A stretch of DNA of 64,000 bases from assembly GCA_963693365.1 (NCBI GenBank), contig CAVNZM010000001.1, positions 11,248,161 through 11,312,160 of the forward strand, in the 5' to 3' direction. Of this stretch, positions 13,293-27,074 are shown piece after piece. Source of the stretch: Amoebidium appalachense (Eukaryota; Protista; Ichthyosporea). The notes beneath the pieces are model-generated. The model was given only the letters and a program-made list of their open reading frames with translations, ran no database searches and was not told the origin of the DNA. The stretch's first letter is position 1. Each line of letters begins with the position of its first letter. Made by a program: the position numbers and the translations under genes.

Positions 13293-13577
13293 GGGCGCCC
13301 ATGTACCCAGAGGCACTCAAAGATCATGTCACAGTGACAGGTGGCAGCTGTCCACATAAATGTGTGCGAGTCCCGTTGTATGTATGTGCGCGCGCGTGCA
13401 CGTGTTTGGTTGTGTGTGCACGTGTGGGTGTGTGACACCATGTGTGTGTGTGCGTGTGTGTGCGTGTGTGTGCACTGTGTGTGTGTGTGTGTGCGTGTGT
13501 GCGTGCACGCGCGCATATTATTTTCTTTCTTCCTTCTTTCTTTCTTTCTTTCTTTCTTTCTTTTTCTTTTTTTTTTT

Positions 13578-13608
<31 letters not shown>

Positions 13609-14153
13609 GGGGAGGGGGAAAGAAAAGGCGGGAGGGCTGATGCAACTGTTTACAAATCCACCCACCAAGTCTTGCCCAATCACTTTAACAACGTCCTTGA
13701 TTTCTTTCTTCAACTTCGCCATTTGCGTGTCACTGAGTTGTGTATCATCTCGTCACTTATCCATCATCATGCAACAATAACAAGAAAGAAACATGCCATA
13801 TCAAGAAACATATCACACGTGATAATCACCTCGGCAGGTTAAATTGGTTTTACCCTGGAAAATAGAGAAAACTAACTAATCAAACTTGACACCACGTACA
13901 CACGGTGACCTGTGTGTGTATTAGACAGAGAAAAAGGCAAAAACACAGACTCATCACACTCGAGAGCACAAACCGTCATCTATTCTTAAAATGCAGAAAC
14001 TAACATGAATTAGTGCATGGAAACACCTTGTTATCTCTAAACCACCACGAAACATCACTCGCCACACTTTAATTAAATGCGAAACAGTTAAACCCCAAAC
14101 AACTGATAAATATTTTAACTAGCATCAGACTATTTCAATATACCTCCCGGAGC

Positions 14154-14431
14154 TCAAAATGCAAATGGGTTGCTCCCTGGGCCACTCGCCTGCTGACCAG
14201 ATTGAGCGCCCCCGAAGAATGGATTTGGACCCCCCTGCTGCTGCTGCTGCTGGTCCTGTGGCATCATTCTGCATCCAACCATCTATTCAGCAACCGTAAA
14301 TTACCGGCCCAAATTCTGTCACAACCTTACCCATCCCCTCCCCCCCACCCCCCCAACACACACACCCATGCACGCACCCACGCACGCACACACTCACACG
14401 TTCACGGACACGCTATCCCCCCCCCCCCCCC

Positions 14432-14475
<44 letters not shown>

Positions 14476-14726
14476 AAAAAAAAAAACAAGAAAACAATAA
14501 AAAAGAACACCAATCCAGATGTGTGCGATATGTGCGTGCGGTACACGCACACACACATATTGTGAGGGGGAAAGAGGGGGATGGGGGCAGGTAGGGGGGG
14601 TGCATTTACCCCGGGGCGCCAAAGGGAGAGCTAACACCGAATGCGGACTGAGTTGAGTACTGGGGTTGGCCGTATGGCTGCTGCTGGTAGCCCTGTGTCT
14701 GTGCATTTGCCATCAGATCACGCTGT

Positions 14727-14785
<59 letters not shown>

Positions 14786-15344
14786 ACACACACACCAGGC
14801 CACCACCACCACAGAAAAAAAACAACAAAAAGAAACAGACAAACAAACAAACAAACAAACAAACAAAAAAGCAACCGACGAACACCCACCCCGGCACCGA
14901 ACGACCTACCATACACTAGTCTAACACAGGCCTTTACACCACTGTAGCCTAAGTATACGAGTGCCACAACTGAATGTGCCTGTGTGTGTACGTGTTTGTG
15001 TCTCCCCGTGTGTGTATGCGTTTGTGCCTCCCTGTGCGTGTGTGTGTGTGTGCGCGTGCGCGCGCGTGTGTGTGCCCACACATGTATGCAAGTGCGAGTG
15101 TGTGCTTGTGTGTGTGTGTGATGTGTGTGTGTGCTTACGCGTGTATGCAACTGTGCATGTGTGTGGGCGTATGCATGCACACACGTGTGTGTATATATGA
15201 GCCACGCTCACATAAGGGTGCATACCGGTTGCTGATATTGTTGTTGGAATGGCTGCTGGAAACCAGCACCCTGAGAGTTGTATCCGCCATATGCCCCCGC
15301 AGCAGGGAACCCCTGTTCAAAACGGATTCGGTTTGGGTGCAAAA

Positions 15345-15384
<40 letters not shown>

Positions 15385-15587
15385 GCGTGTGTGCGTGCGC
15401 GTGTGCGTGTGTACGTGTGTGTGTACATGTACATGTGTGTGCACGTAAGTCAGACGAATTTGGGTGGGGCAGAGGAGGGAATTCATGGTGCTTGTGTGAC
15501 CTTGTGGGTGGGTGTGTGCGCCCTTGCGGGAGTTTGTGTGTTCACACACGAGCAAGTATGTCGTGGGGGTACCAAAGGGGAGGAACA

Positions 15588-15685
<98 letters not shown>

Positions 15686-16166
15686 ATGTTAGTGTATGTA
15701 AGTGTGTTTGTGTGTGTTGGGAGGGGGGATGGGGGAGGGGGAAGGGGGGGCGCTATCCAACAGCCATATCTATTCCCCCCCCGCCAACCTCCCCCCCTTC
15801 CCTCCTTGCCGGGGGAAGGGCTGGACCGTGCTCCAAGACCAACACACATGGGTGGTACTTACCATGTTTGGCATGCCGAACCCGGGCATCCCCCCAAACC
15901 CAGCTGCCTGTTGCTGCAGTGCTCGTAGGTCAGCAAAAGCACAAAAAAATGAAGGGAAAAAAAAAAGAAAACCAAGAGGAAAGATTGAAGGACGAGAAGA
16001 TGGCTAGCAGGACTTGTCACCCTTTCCGATTTCCCATCTATCCCTTCCGGGACACCGTCCAGCCTCACAACCAAACTTCATCCCCCCACCCCTCCTTCCC
16101 CCCCCGCACCAACTCCTTTAACTCCATATTCCGCCTTAACTGTTCCCTTACCAAACCTCCTCCAGT

Positions 16167-16202
<36 letters not shown>

Positions 16203-16246
16203 ACACACACCACCACCAAAAAGCAAACACCACCCTCGCTTGCGAG

Positions 16247-16298
<52 letters not shown>

Positions 16299-19186
16299 AA
16301 CACACAGACACACACAGACACACACACACATGAACAAGCCCACAAACCAACAAACAAACAAAGAAGCAAACAAACCGACCAACCAAACAACCAACCATAC
16401 ATACAAAGATACACGAACCTTCCCCCCCCCCCCCCCCCCCCTCCCCTCCCCACATCCCCCTTGCCCCACTCACCATGTAAGGGTTTGCCATGCTCCCCAT
16501 CTGCTGTTGAGGCATAGCCGGTGCTGTGTTGTATAGACTCAGAATATCCGTCTTGTTCATTTTGTTAAGTCCAGGTGATGTTCCCCCAGCAGCGGCGGCG
16601 GGGGGTTGGGCAGCGGCAGCGGCTGGCTGATGAGTTTCGGCGGGTTGAACTGGGCCTCCGAAAATGTCTGTAGGTATGTACGTGTAGGTGTGTGTGTGTG
16701 TGTATGAGTGTGTGCGTAGGTGTGTGTGCATGTATGAGTGTGCATGTATGAGTGTGTGTGTAGGTGTGTGTGCATGTATGAGTGTGTGTGTAGGTGTGTG
16801 TGCATGTATGAGTGTGTGTGTAGGTGTGTGTGCATGTATGAGTGTGTGTGTAGGTGTGTGTGCATGTATGTGCGAGTGTGTAGGTGTGTGTGCATGTATG
16901 AGCGTGTGTGTAGGTGTGTGTGCATGTATGAGCGTGTGCGTAGGTGTGTGTGCATGTATGAGTGTGTGTGTAGGTGTGTGTGCATGTATGAGTGTGTGTG
17001 TAGGTGTGTGTGCATGTAGGTGTGTGTGCATGTATGAGTGTGTGTATAGGTGTGTGTGCATGTATGAGTGTGTGTGTAGGTGTGTGTGCATGTATGAGTG
17101 TGTGTAGGTGTGTGTGCATGTATGAGTGTGTGTAGGTGTGTGTGCATGTATGAGTGTGTGTGTAGGTGTGTGTGCATGTATGAAAGTGTGTGTGTAGGTG
17201 TGTGTGCGTGTATGAGTGTGTGTGTAGGTGTGTGTGCGTGTATGAGTGTGTGTGTAGGTGTGTGTGCGTGTATGAGTGTGTGTGTAGGTGTGTGCATGTA
17301 GGAGTGTGTGCATGTATGAGTGTGTGTGTAGGTGTATGTGCATGTATGAGTGTGTGTGTAGGTGTGTGTGCATGTATGAGTGCGTGTGTAGGTGTGTGTG
17401 CATGTATGAGTGTGTGTGTAGGTGTGTGTGCATGTATGAGTGTGTGTAGGTGTGTGTGCATGTATGAGTGTGTGTAGGTGTGTGTGCATGTATGAGTGTG
17501 TGTGTAGGTGTGTGTGCATGTATGAAAGTGTGTGTGTAGGTGTGTGTGCATGTATGAGTGTGTGTGTAGGTGTATGTGCATGTATGAGTGTGTTTGTACC
17601 TGTATGTGCATGTATGAGTGTGTGTGTAGGTGTGTGTGCATGTATGAGTGTGTGTGTAGGTGTGTGTGCGTGTATGAGTGTGTGTGGAGGTGTGTGTGCG
17701 TGTATGAGTGTGTGTGTAGGTGTGTGTGCGTGTATGAGTGTGTGTGTAGGTGTGTGTGCGTGTATGTGTGTGTGTGTAGGTGTGTGTGCGTGTATGAGTG
17801 TGTGTGTAGGTGTGTGTGCGTGTATGAGTGTGTGTGTAGGTGTGTGTGCGTGTATGAGTGTGTGTGTAGGTGTGTGTGCGTGTATGAGTGTGTGTGTAGG
17901 TGTGTGTGCGTGTATGAGTGTGTGTGTAGGTGTGTGTGCGTGTATGAGTGTGTGTGTAGGTGTGTGTGCGTGTATGAGTGTGTGTGTAGGTGTGTGTGCG
18001 TGTATGAGTGTGTGTGTAGGTGTGTGTGCGTGTATGAGTGTGTGTGTAGGTGTGTGTGCGTGTATGAGTGTGTGTGTAGGTGTGCGTGCGTGTATGAGTG
18101 TATGTGTAGGTGTGCGTGGTATGAGTGTATGTGTAGGTGTGCGTGCGTGTATGAGTGTGTGTAGGTGTGCGTGCATGTATGAGTGTGTGTGTAGGTGTGT
18201 GTGCATGTATGAGTGTGTGTGTAGGTGTGTGTGCATGTATGAGTGTGTGTGTAGGTGTATGTGCGAGTGTGTAGGTGTGTGTGCATGTATGAGTGTGTGT
18301 GTAGGTGTGTGTGCATGTATGAGTGTGTGTGTAGGTGTGTGTGCCAGTGTGTAGGTGTGTGTGCATGTATGAGTGTGTGTGTAGGTGTGTGTGCATGTAT
18401 GAGTGTGTGTGTAGGTGTGTGTGCATGTATGAGTGTGTGTGTAGGTGTGTGTGCATGTATGAGTGTGTGTGTAGGTGTATGTGGGAGTGTGTAGGTGTGT
18501 GTGCATGTATGAGTGTGTGTGTAGGTGTGTGTGCATGTACAAGTGTGTGTGTAGGTGTGTGTGCAAGTGTGTAGGTGTGTGTGCATGTATGAGTGTGTGT
18601 GTGGGTGTGTGTGCGAGTGTGTAGGTGTGTGTGCATGTATGAGTGTGTGTGTAGGTGTGTGTGCATGTATGAGTGTGTGTGTAGGTGTGTGTGCATGTAT
18701 GAGTGTATGTGTAGGTGTGTGTGCATGTATGAGTGTGTGTGTAGGTGTATGTGCGAGTGTGTAGGTGTGTGTGCATGTATGAGTGTGTGTGTAGGTGTGT
18801 GTGCATGTATGAGTGTGTGTGTAGGTGTGTGTGCGAGTGTGTAGGTGTGTGTGCATGTATGAGTGTGTGTGTAGGTGTGTGTGCGAGTGTGTAGGTGTGT
18901 GTGCATGTATGAGTGTGTGTGTAGGTGTGTGTGCATGTATGATGTATGATGTGTGTGTAGGTGTGTGTGCGAGTGTGTAGGTGTGTGTGCATGTATGAGT
19001 GTGTGTGTAGGTGTGCGTGCGAGTGTGTAGGTGTGTGTGCATGTGTGTGTGAGCGTGTGAGTGTGTGAGTCTATGTACGCGCGTTGAGTGAGTGTGTGTT
19101 GAGTGACCGAGAGAGCAAGAGCAAGAGAGAGAGAGAGAGAGAGAGTGTGTGTGTGTGTGTGTGTGTGTGTTGAGTGACCGAGAGAG

Positions 19187-19232
<46 letters not shown>

Positions 19233-19643
19233 TGTGTGTGTGTGTGTGTGTGTGAGTGAGTGAGTGCGTGGTTGGTTGTGTGGCTGCACACACGTTTACC
19301 TGGGTGTACACCGGAATGCGGTGTTGTGCGGTCGTTATTGTCGGCTTCGTCTACCTTTAGGAAACCCGCGCTTGTGTGTGCATGTGTGTTGGGGAAAGGG
19401 GGGAGGCGGGGGGGAGGGGGAGGGCAGCAGGAAGAGCGAGGGTTTCAAATATGTTACCGTACATGAAGTAAAATGTTCACGCCGGAAAACCTAGTGCAGG
19501 TGTTGCACAAAAGAGCACAGATACACAATACACAGTATGCATCACATGCAGGCCCATGTCCCCCCCCCCCCCCCCCCCCTTTTTTTTTTTTTTTTTCTTT
19601 CCCCCCCCCCCCCCCCTCAATGGGTTTGTGCGTGCACACATAC

Positions 19644-19684
<41 letters not shown>

Positions 19685-21715
19685 GTGGCGGCGGTGGTGG
19701 GGGGGGTGTGTGATCATTGGGTTACCTTCAAGCCCTCCACCAATGGTAACGGCAGGCGCTGCTTGTGCTTGGGGCTGGGGTGCCGGGGCAGAGCCCCAAA
19801 GATCGGCAACGTTTTGTTGTGGTGCTTGCTGCTGTGCGCACACACACATGCAAATCAGTAGGGGGATTTATGTATGAAAGAATACATGTATGAAAGAATA
19901 CATGTGTCAACGAATATGTGTATGCGAGAACATGTGTATAAAAGAATATGTGTATGAAAGAACATACGTATGAAAGAATAGATGTATGAAACCCATGTAT
20001 TGCTGACGCGGATAGCAACATATTCATATGCAATTGTAGAGTCGTGCACTAACGTTTATGCTTAGTCCAGATCGAATCCGGTTCGATCGGATTGCCCATA
20101 TAAGGAAATTGCAAAAAACCGTTTTTTCAAGGGGAGCCCCTACGTGTGGCGAGGTTTTTGCTGACTGTGCTGTTCGCTAGTGGGTTCGATGTCTAGCATG
20201 ATACCTAGTAGTTTGAGATAATACTTGACAACTTTTTACTTTTACTGAACATCACCAAAATGCATTTTTTACGTGTGATTGCACAAACATGTGAGTGCTA
20301 ATAGTCCTGTGCGTTTCCAGAATCTGTGTCTCTGTATCCAGTAGCTCCAGATATAGCCATGCTGGTGAACGCAAACCACCACGCAGGCCTGCCCGCCTGC
20401 ATCCCCCCCCCCCCCCCCCCCCCCCCGCACTCACACCCACATGCCCCATTTACACATACACACCCACCCACACCCACACCCACCAGCCCACCCACCAACT
20501 ATTCGATCCAAACATGTGGCCTACCCGTCAATCCTGACAACCCCCATGCATTCACCTTTACCCCCCCTCCCCCCCCCCCCCCCCCACCCAAGACCTTCCA
20601 AAAGGCCCTGCGTGTTGCTGGTCGGTTGCGTCCCCCCCCCTCCCCCCCCCCTCTTTCTCCCCCCCTTCTCACTCTCTCCATCCACCCCCCCCCCCCCCCC
20701 CCCCCCCCCCCTTTCTGCTCATCCCGCTTCAATCAATAGCTCACCTTGGGTTGTGCGGCAGCAGCAACTCCTCCGCCTGCACCCAGCTTCACCAGGAAGT
20801 CTATGGCCCCCTGCATGTCTCCACCAGACTGACGGATGGCCATGCGGTTCTTGACCTCGTCTGAAAATCCCATCGACTGAAAAAGAGAAGAACAGACGGG
20901 GGGAGGGGGGAGGGGGGGGGGGGGGAGGAATCAGAATCAGTAAACGGTGTGCTTTCGGCGACTTCTTGTGAATAAATACTCCCCCCACCCCCCCAGCCTA
21001 TGGTGCGCAAAGCCCAACACAACAGCTCTCTTTTAAACATGGGTGGGTCACTAATCTTCATCACACAGTGCTCGGTCCCTTATTTCAGTGAACATTTAAG
21101 GATGGGAGAACGGGAGGGGGGGGGCAGGAGGAGGAGGGGTCCCGGCAAAGAGAGGGGGGAAGAGATGTATGGATGAGAGGATGGAAACCATGCAAGCAAA
21201 GGCATCGACACCGACATAGACTACGAGACATGACACGGTATCACAAAAATGCAGGCAGAATATACCGAAACAGAGCCACGGAGGAAAGAATGGGTGGTGG
21301 GGGTTTTTTCGTGATATATCCAAAGGTATATCCACAGGTATATCCCAAGGTATATCCATACCCTAAGCTGGTCCAGCTGTGACTGTAGGCGTGCCTGCTC
21401 GTGGTCCACCGAGGTCACCACTGTCCGCCGTGCAGCCTGGCTGGGCCGTTCCTCGGGTGGCGGGTTGGCAATAAGCTCTGCACGTTTGCATTGGGTATTA
21501 GCATTTATGCCCAGTGGAAAGTGGGAACTAGAGGGAAAAAAAAAATGTAGTTCGAATGTTTATTTGTTCCCCCCCCCCCCCCCCCCCCCCCCCCCCCGTG
21601 GCCCCAACCTCCAACACACACACTACACAAGAGCTATACGCAATTTTCACACACAAAACAACCTAAGGTTTTTTTTTTTCTTTTTTTTTCTGGTGGTGGT
21701 GGTGGTGGTGGTGGT

Positions 21716-21749
<34 letters not shown>

Positions 21750-22109
21750 GTGGCAAAGCAAGAGATGATTTATGTCGTATTGAACACCCCACACCTTCAA
21801 GTGCCATATTTACGTCTCCGTTTGCCTTCTGCAGCGCCATGACATTGTACTTGTTGTTAGTGAACCCCATGCTCTGCAGCTGCGCTAGCTGGTGGCTGTA
21901 CTTCTCCTCCGGCCCACTGTACATGGCCTGAGACTGCGCTGTGGCTGCAACCGCTGCTGGTGCCGTGGCATGGCTTCGGCTTTTACGGCGTGGGTGTGCG
22001 GCACCACCACCTTCTTGCTGTAAATGGTGGAAAAAAGAAGTAACGGAAAAAGGAAAAAGGTAAATTGGGAAGAAAAGGGGGCAAGTGGTGGTGGTGGAGA
22101 CTTTTTTTG

Positions 22110-22157
<48 letters not shown>

Positions 22158-22917
22158 GTGGAATGCATTTGGTAGAAAGTACATATTCATGACCGACAGC
22201 ACAATGTGAGTGGAAATCACATATGAAGAGTAAGGATCCTAAGCAGAGCCCATCCTCCCGAACGTGAAGTGGGGGGGGAGGGGGAGGGAGGGAGCGGGAG
22301 GAGAGAAAGGGGTAGGTAGGGAGAGGTAAACAGGATGCGGCAATGACAGGACGGAGTCAGGGAGGGACAAGGCAAATGAGAGAGTGTGGAGGATAGGGCG
22401 ATGAGGTGTAGCAAATAATGACGGAATGTGCACTGAGATAAGTTGGTGGGTGGATCGGTGAGATGAGTTGATGGTGGGGGGCCCGGGAGGGGGGGGAAGG
22501 GGGGTTGGGATCTTATACACAATCAAAATTCCTACTGACGTATGGAATCGACAGACAGTATGACCCCCCCCCCCCCCCCCCCCCTTGCCCTCCTCTTTCG
22601 ATCCAACACCATCTATCTTTGAACCCTTCCCTCGCAACCCTCCAACAAATGACTACGGAACAAACAGACACACACACAGAAACACGTACCCGGCATGCAC
22701 ACAGAGAGAAATACGTACCCTAAACCACTCCTTCCTATCGTACTTTCTGCGGATAAAGTCAGCCTGGTCCTTCTTGATGTAGTCACGGGGCAGCGCTGCC
22801 TCGTACTTGTCGTTGACTACCCGGTTGCCAAATTGCTTCATAACCTGCACGCGTGCACGGTCATGTGTGTTTTAGCATATGCGAAGAAAAACATGCACAC
22901 ACACACACACATTCGCG

Positions 22918-22959
<42 letters not shown>

Positions 22960-23229
22960 AAAAAAATCTCCTCCAAAAGAAAAATAGGGAAGCCAAACTC
23001 ATTCATCGTTGTTCACTACAAGACTGGGAAAAGCTCGGCATTATACTATGAACAGCACTCAACCTCCATTTACCTTCGGTAACACCCAATGACATCCCCC
23101 CCCCCCCCCCTCCCCCCCACAAAAAAAAAAAAATACAAAACAAAAAAAAAGGAAAGAAAGAAAGGGAAAAAAAAAAACAAAAACAAAACAACAAACCAAA
23201 AAAAAACAAAAAAACAAAAACAACACCAC

Positions 23230-23266
<37 letters not shown>

Positions 23267-23935
23267 GCCAGAAAAAAACAAGGTCTGGTCTGTGTTCCCC
23301 GGGTAAACAGCATATGCCCATGTCAGATACTGTCATTCAACGAACTATGTATGTCTCTTAAGTGCTAATGCACCATATTGTGTGTTCACCGCTGCAAAGG
23401 TTCGGACTATAAGGGAAGAGATCTCTGTTCGACAAGCTAAGGCAGGTCTCCATCCAAAAAGAAGGCAGATTTGCAATGTCAATCTGCCAGTTAACAGTCC
23501 CCCCCCCCCCCCCCCCCCCCCTCCCCCCCCCCGGGGAAAGGTCAACATACCACGTGCTTAACTGTTCAAACCAACCACCGCATCTCCCATTTTAGACAAA
23601 CTCGAGGTTGATCCGATCGAGGATTCTAAATTGCGCTGGCGCCGCCTAAGAATTTATCGAACTTATCAAGCGATCAAGGTAGTGACGTCATTCTGGGCAC
23701 ATTTTTCCCAGAATGACGTCACTCCCTCGATCGCTTGATAAGTTCGATAATTTCTTAGGCGGTGCCAGGGCAATTTGGAACCCTCGATCGGATCAACCTC
23801 GATTTTGTCTAAAACTGGGAGATGCGGTGGTTGGTTTAACCCCTATCCTGCTGTAATATCCAGTGCCTCAAGCCATCCAGAGGGCGCAAGTTTATACCAG
23901 CCCATACGTTTGAAAAAAAACTTCCTCCGATATTC

Positions 23936-23993
<58 letters not shown>

Positions 23994-24492
23994 AAACACC
24001 CCGGGAAAAGGGACACAACTGTGTGTGTGTGTGTGTGTGTGTACCTGTCCCCTCCCCCCTCCCCCCTCTCTCCAGGGAAAAAGACATGCACGTACATGCA
24101 CGCACACACAAAAACACACATTCACACATGCAAGCATGCTCACCCACCCAACCACCCACCCACCCAGACACGCACACAATTACACAAATCAACCCACCCA
24201 ACCACACAAAGAAAGTGACTAGGAGGGGTGGCGGGAAAGCAGGGATGGGGGGAGGGAGGGGGGGGGGAGGCACGTACGTCGACTTGCTCCTGTGTCCACG
24301 AGTCGAGGGTGAGGGATTTTATTTTGGACACGTGTGTGCCGAGGTTTCTGTGGTGGCCGGCACAGTTCATGCAGATGAAGATGCCCAGGTTGTACGAAGC
24401 CCATCTTGGCGCTGTGCACACAAACAGTCGGTCAAAATGCCTCATCCCCCCCCCCACCCCAACACACACCCTCTCCTTGTTTTGACACATAC

Positions 24493-24527
<35 letters not shown>

Positions 24528-24682
24528 TTCCTTCCCCTCGGACCCTACCACTTTCCCCAAACGATCATCATAAACTACCTCCCTCTGACAAGGCATTTTC
24601 ATGTGTTCTTGTTCATAGGCCTCTTATAGCCTTCATCAGATGTTCGTTGAGTGCCCGTGTACTCTATTCTGGGAATCGTGCT

Positions 24683-24756
<74 letters not shown>

Positions 24757-24806
24757 AGCTGCTTCTACCCCTCGATTTCAACACCCAACCCCCCCCACCC
24801 CCCCCC

Positions 24807-24837
<31 letters not shown>

Positions 24838-25070
24838 TCCCTGCATTCACCATAACCCGACATCCCCCCCTTTCTCTCGCCCTTTTCATCCCCCTCCCTC
24901 TCCCCCCCCCCTGCCCGTCTCCTCTCTCTCCCTCCCCCCACACCTCACCACCGCGATACCCCAGCCCCACACACCCACCCACCCACTCAGTCCTTTCCAC
25001 AACCCTCATTACACTTATCACTGCTCAGGACAAAAAAAAAGTTTCAGCGCATTTCTTTACCTGTCAATAC

Positions 25071-25104
<34 letters not shown>

Positions 25105-26009
25105 TCTCCCCTTTCTTCCCCTCTCCCCTGGTTGTGCAGTTGCTACCAAAGAAAGTAAAGGGGACGGCATGAAAAAGAGACAAACAATAAACGGATGGAG
25201 GTTGTTCGGAAGAAGGCAGAAAAAATAGTCCCGGGGGGGGGGGGGGGGGGGGGGAAGGGAGAACTGGTGCACAGCCACAAAAGAACACCCCTCCCCCAAC
25301 TCCCTCCCTCGAGAACAACAGACAACAAGGCCCAGGATCAAAAACAGCGCCTCTCAGAGAAATCAAGCAACCGATTGGCAAACCAGAAACCCAGAAACTA
25401 GAAGAGAATAAAGCAGCAAATAAACACCATTTCTCATGTATTAAAGCTAGACTCGAGAAAATCTCAAACAAACTGAAGAAGCCGCAGGGAGGGAGTGTGC
25501 AGGGAAGGCACAGGAAGAGAGAGAAAAAAGGGGGCCAGGCGGAAGAGAAAAAAAAGGGTGGCCAGGCGGAAGAGAAAAAAAAGGGTGGCCAGGCGGGGAG
25601 GAGGGGGTGTAAAAATGCACCAGAGGTTGTGGCGGGCATTGAAGAAAATGCATCAAGCAATTAAGAAGACAAAATGGCAGAATATATATCAAAACCGACA
25701 TGCAAGCAGAAGGCACTCACACAAAGGCTATCATTAGCGGAACTTCTAAGGTGCCACAAAAAGTTGCTTTGGACTCCGCGGGGGGGGGGGGGGGGGGGGG
25801 GGGGGGATTAAGGAATAAAGGAGAAGTTGAGGGTGACAGCGGGACACAGTGTGAATCATGGAAGAGCCCTTAACGCCCCCTCGACAAGAGTAAAACAAGC
25901 GGATAGGAAATAACTAGCATTGCATGTTGAAAGCCAAAAGCGGGCAGCCGGGGGGTAGAGGGGGGGGGCAGGGACCATGCGAGAGGCGGAAGGGGGGTGG
26001 GGGGAAGGG

Positions 26010-26079
<70 letters not shown>

Positions 26080-27074
26080 AGAGAGAGAGAAGGCGGGTGA
26101 CTTATGCATTCGATGGGGAACGGGGGGGGGGGAGGGGGGAGGGGAGGGAGGATGGGGTAGTGAGAAACCTTAGGAAAAAGTAGAAATGGGAGTGAAAAAG
26201 GAAGGGGTATTGGTGACGAAACGGCATAGCTGCCTCCAAACGTGGCCCCTTGTGGTAGAAGATGTGAGGGTAGTGGGGGAGTTAAGTGATGGTGGTGTGT
26301 GTGCGTGAGAGGGGAGGATAGGGGGGGAGCCGGGAGAGGCACGGGTGAGGAAGGGGACGAGAGCGCAGGGGAGTGGGAGGAGTAGGGTAGGAGAAGACAG
26401 GCGGGGACAAAAACAGGGGGCGAGGGAGTAAGTCGCGAAGGAAGTGGGGTAGGGAATTGAAAAGGAAAGAGTAGGAAAGGAGGGGACGAAGGAGGAAGGA
26501 AAGGTGGGGTTGTTAGTTGTCAACAGAAGACGATCAGCCTAGAGAACGAATGCTGTAGAAACGAGAGCTGGGGAAGGAGGGGCGGGGAGGCTAAGATGTA
26601 GGGGGCAGAAGAGTGAAAGGGGCGGGAGACGGGGGTCACTACAAAATGCGAGAAATCTAGAGGGAAAAAAGAACAGTGTAACCTGGTATACAGGAGTTAT
26701 AAATAAGCAGAGAAGGCAATCAGCACAACTCCAAAGAACCACTCAAATAAACGGCTCACGAAATTACGAGGACATCTTTCCATTAGAAGCCCGAGTCTTA
26801 ATGTTAACTGGGTGAACTGGGCAAGCTGGTGGCGGGTTGGTGCTATTACGTCCTTCCAAGTAAACATGACCATTTCACGAGCACAAACTAACAGAAAGCT
26901 AGGTACCGCTTACACCTGAAGATGTTCAAAAGTGCACGCACTGCCTCTATATTCTTTGCGCAACTTACTTTTTGCTTCGCAGTCAGCACAGATGCGGTTG
27001 TCTTCCTTATTGGCCTCCACATCTAACTGCGCCTTGAGCGCATCTTGTGCTTTCTGTGCCCCGCTTTTCGCCAT
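14154..27074 (-). CDS. ArfGAP-domain protein with two UBA domains and C-terminal NPF motifs (SMAP/Gts1/Ucp3-like), 12 exons
   Basis: GT-AG exons in consistent phase: 27074-26969, 24411-24278, 22844-22719, 22017-21795, 21477-21362, 20876-20745, 19831-19726, 16667-16474, 15913-15863, 15312-15226, 14722-14610, 14268-14154. ArfGAP zinc finger [49 protein letters not shown] and FIRRKY. UBA1 [29 protein letters not shown]; UBA2 [35 protein letters not shown]-like KTDILSLY; ends ...NPFF...NPFAF*. Confidence 0.9.
16683..19050. repeat. 30-bp minisatellite, ~2.35 kb, filling most of ArfGAP intron 7
   Basis: Unit TGTGTGTGCATGTATGAGTGTGTGTGTAGG, with a GCGTG variant block at ~17660-18090 and shortened 20-bp variants. 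It produces the 800-1077 aa HT/CV pseudo-ORFs in the track. Confidence 0.95.
19871..20000. repeat. Degenerate 16-bp tandem repeat (TGTATGAAAGAATACA), about 8 copies
   Basis: Directly visible in ArfGAP intron 6. Confidence 0.8.
21312..21361. repeat. 12-bp tandem repeat (~4 copies) starting at the exon 5 splice donor of the ArfGAP gene
   Basis: Plus strand reads tatccaaaggta tatccacaggta tatcccaaggta tatccata. Confidence 0.8.
22157..22262 (-). repeat. Copy of the intronic ~100-130 nt element family, sense to the ArfGAP gene
   Basis: Reverse complement reads GAGGATGGGCTCTGCTTAGG...TGTGATTTCCACTCACATTGTGCTGTCGGTCATGAATATGTACTTTCTACC...CCCC, matching the plus-strand copies in tomosyn introns. 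Confidence 0.75.
23568..23837. repeat. Near-perfect 270-nt inverted repeat (foldback/MITE-like or hairpin RNA) in ArfGAP intron 2
   Basis: Arms 23568-23697 and 23707-23837 are reverse complements with 8 substitutions and 1 indel by hand alignment; 9-nt loop CACATTTTT. Confidence 0.95.

Noticed and set aside
13640-13722. Peptide MAKLKKEIKDVVKVIGQDLVGG
   Set aside because: It is short, runs into homopolymers, and lies in the likely 3' UTR or downstream region of the ArfGAP gene.
16683-19050. CRISPR-like array of 30-bp repeats
   Set aside because: Units are contiguous with no unique spacers, there are no cas genes, and the context is a eukaryotic intron.
16078-19311. 1077, 908 and 811 aa His/Thr-rich ORFs, and Cys/Val-rich ORFs on the other strand
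   Set aside because: They are translations of a stop-free minisatellite inside an intron; only 16474-16667 is a real exon.
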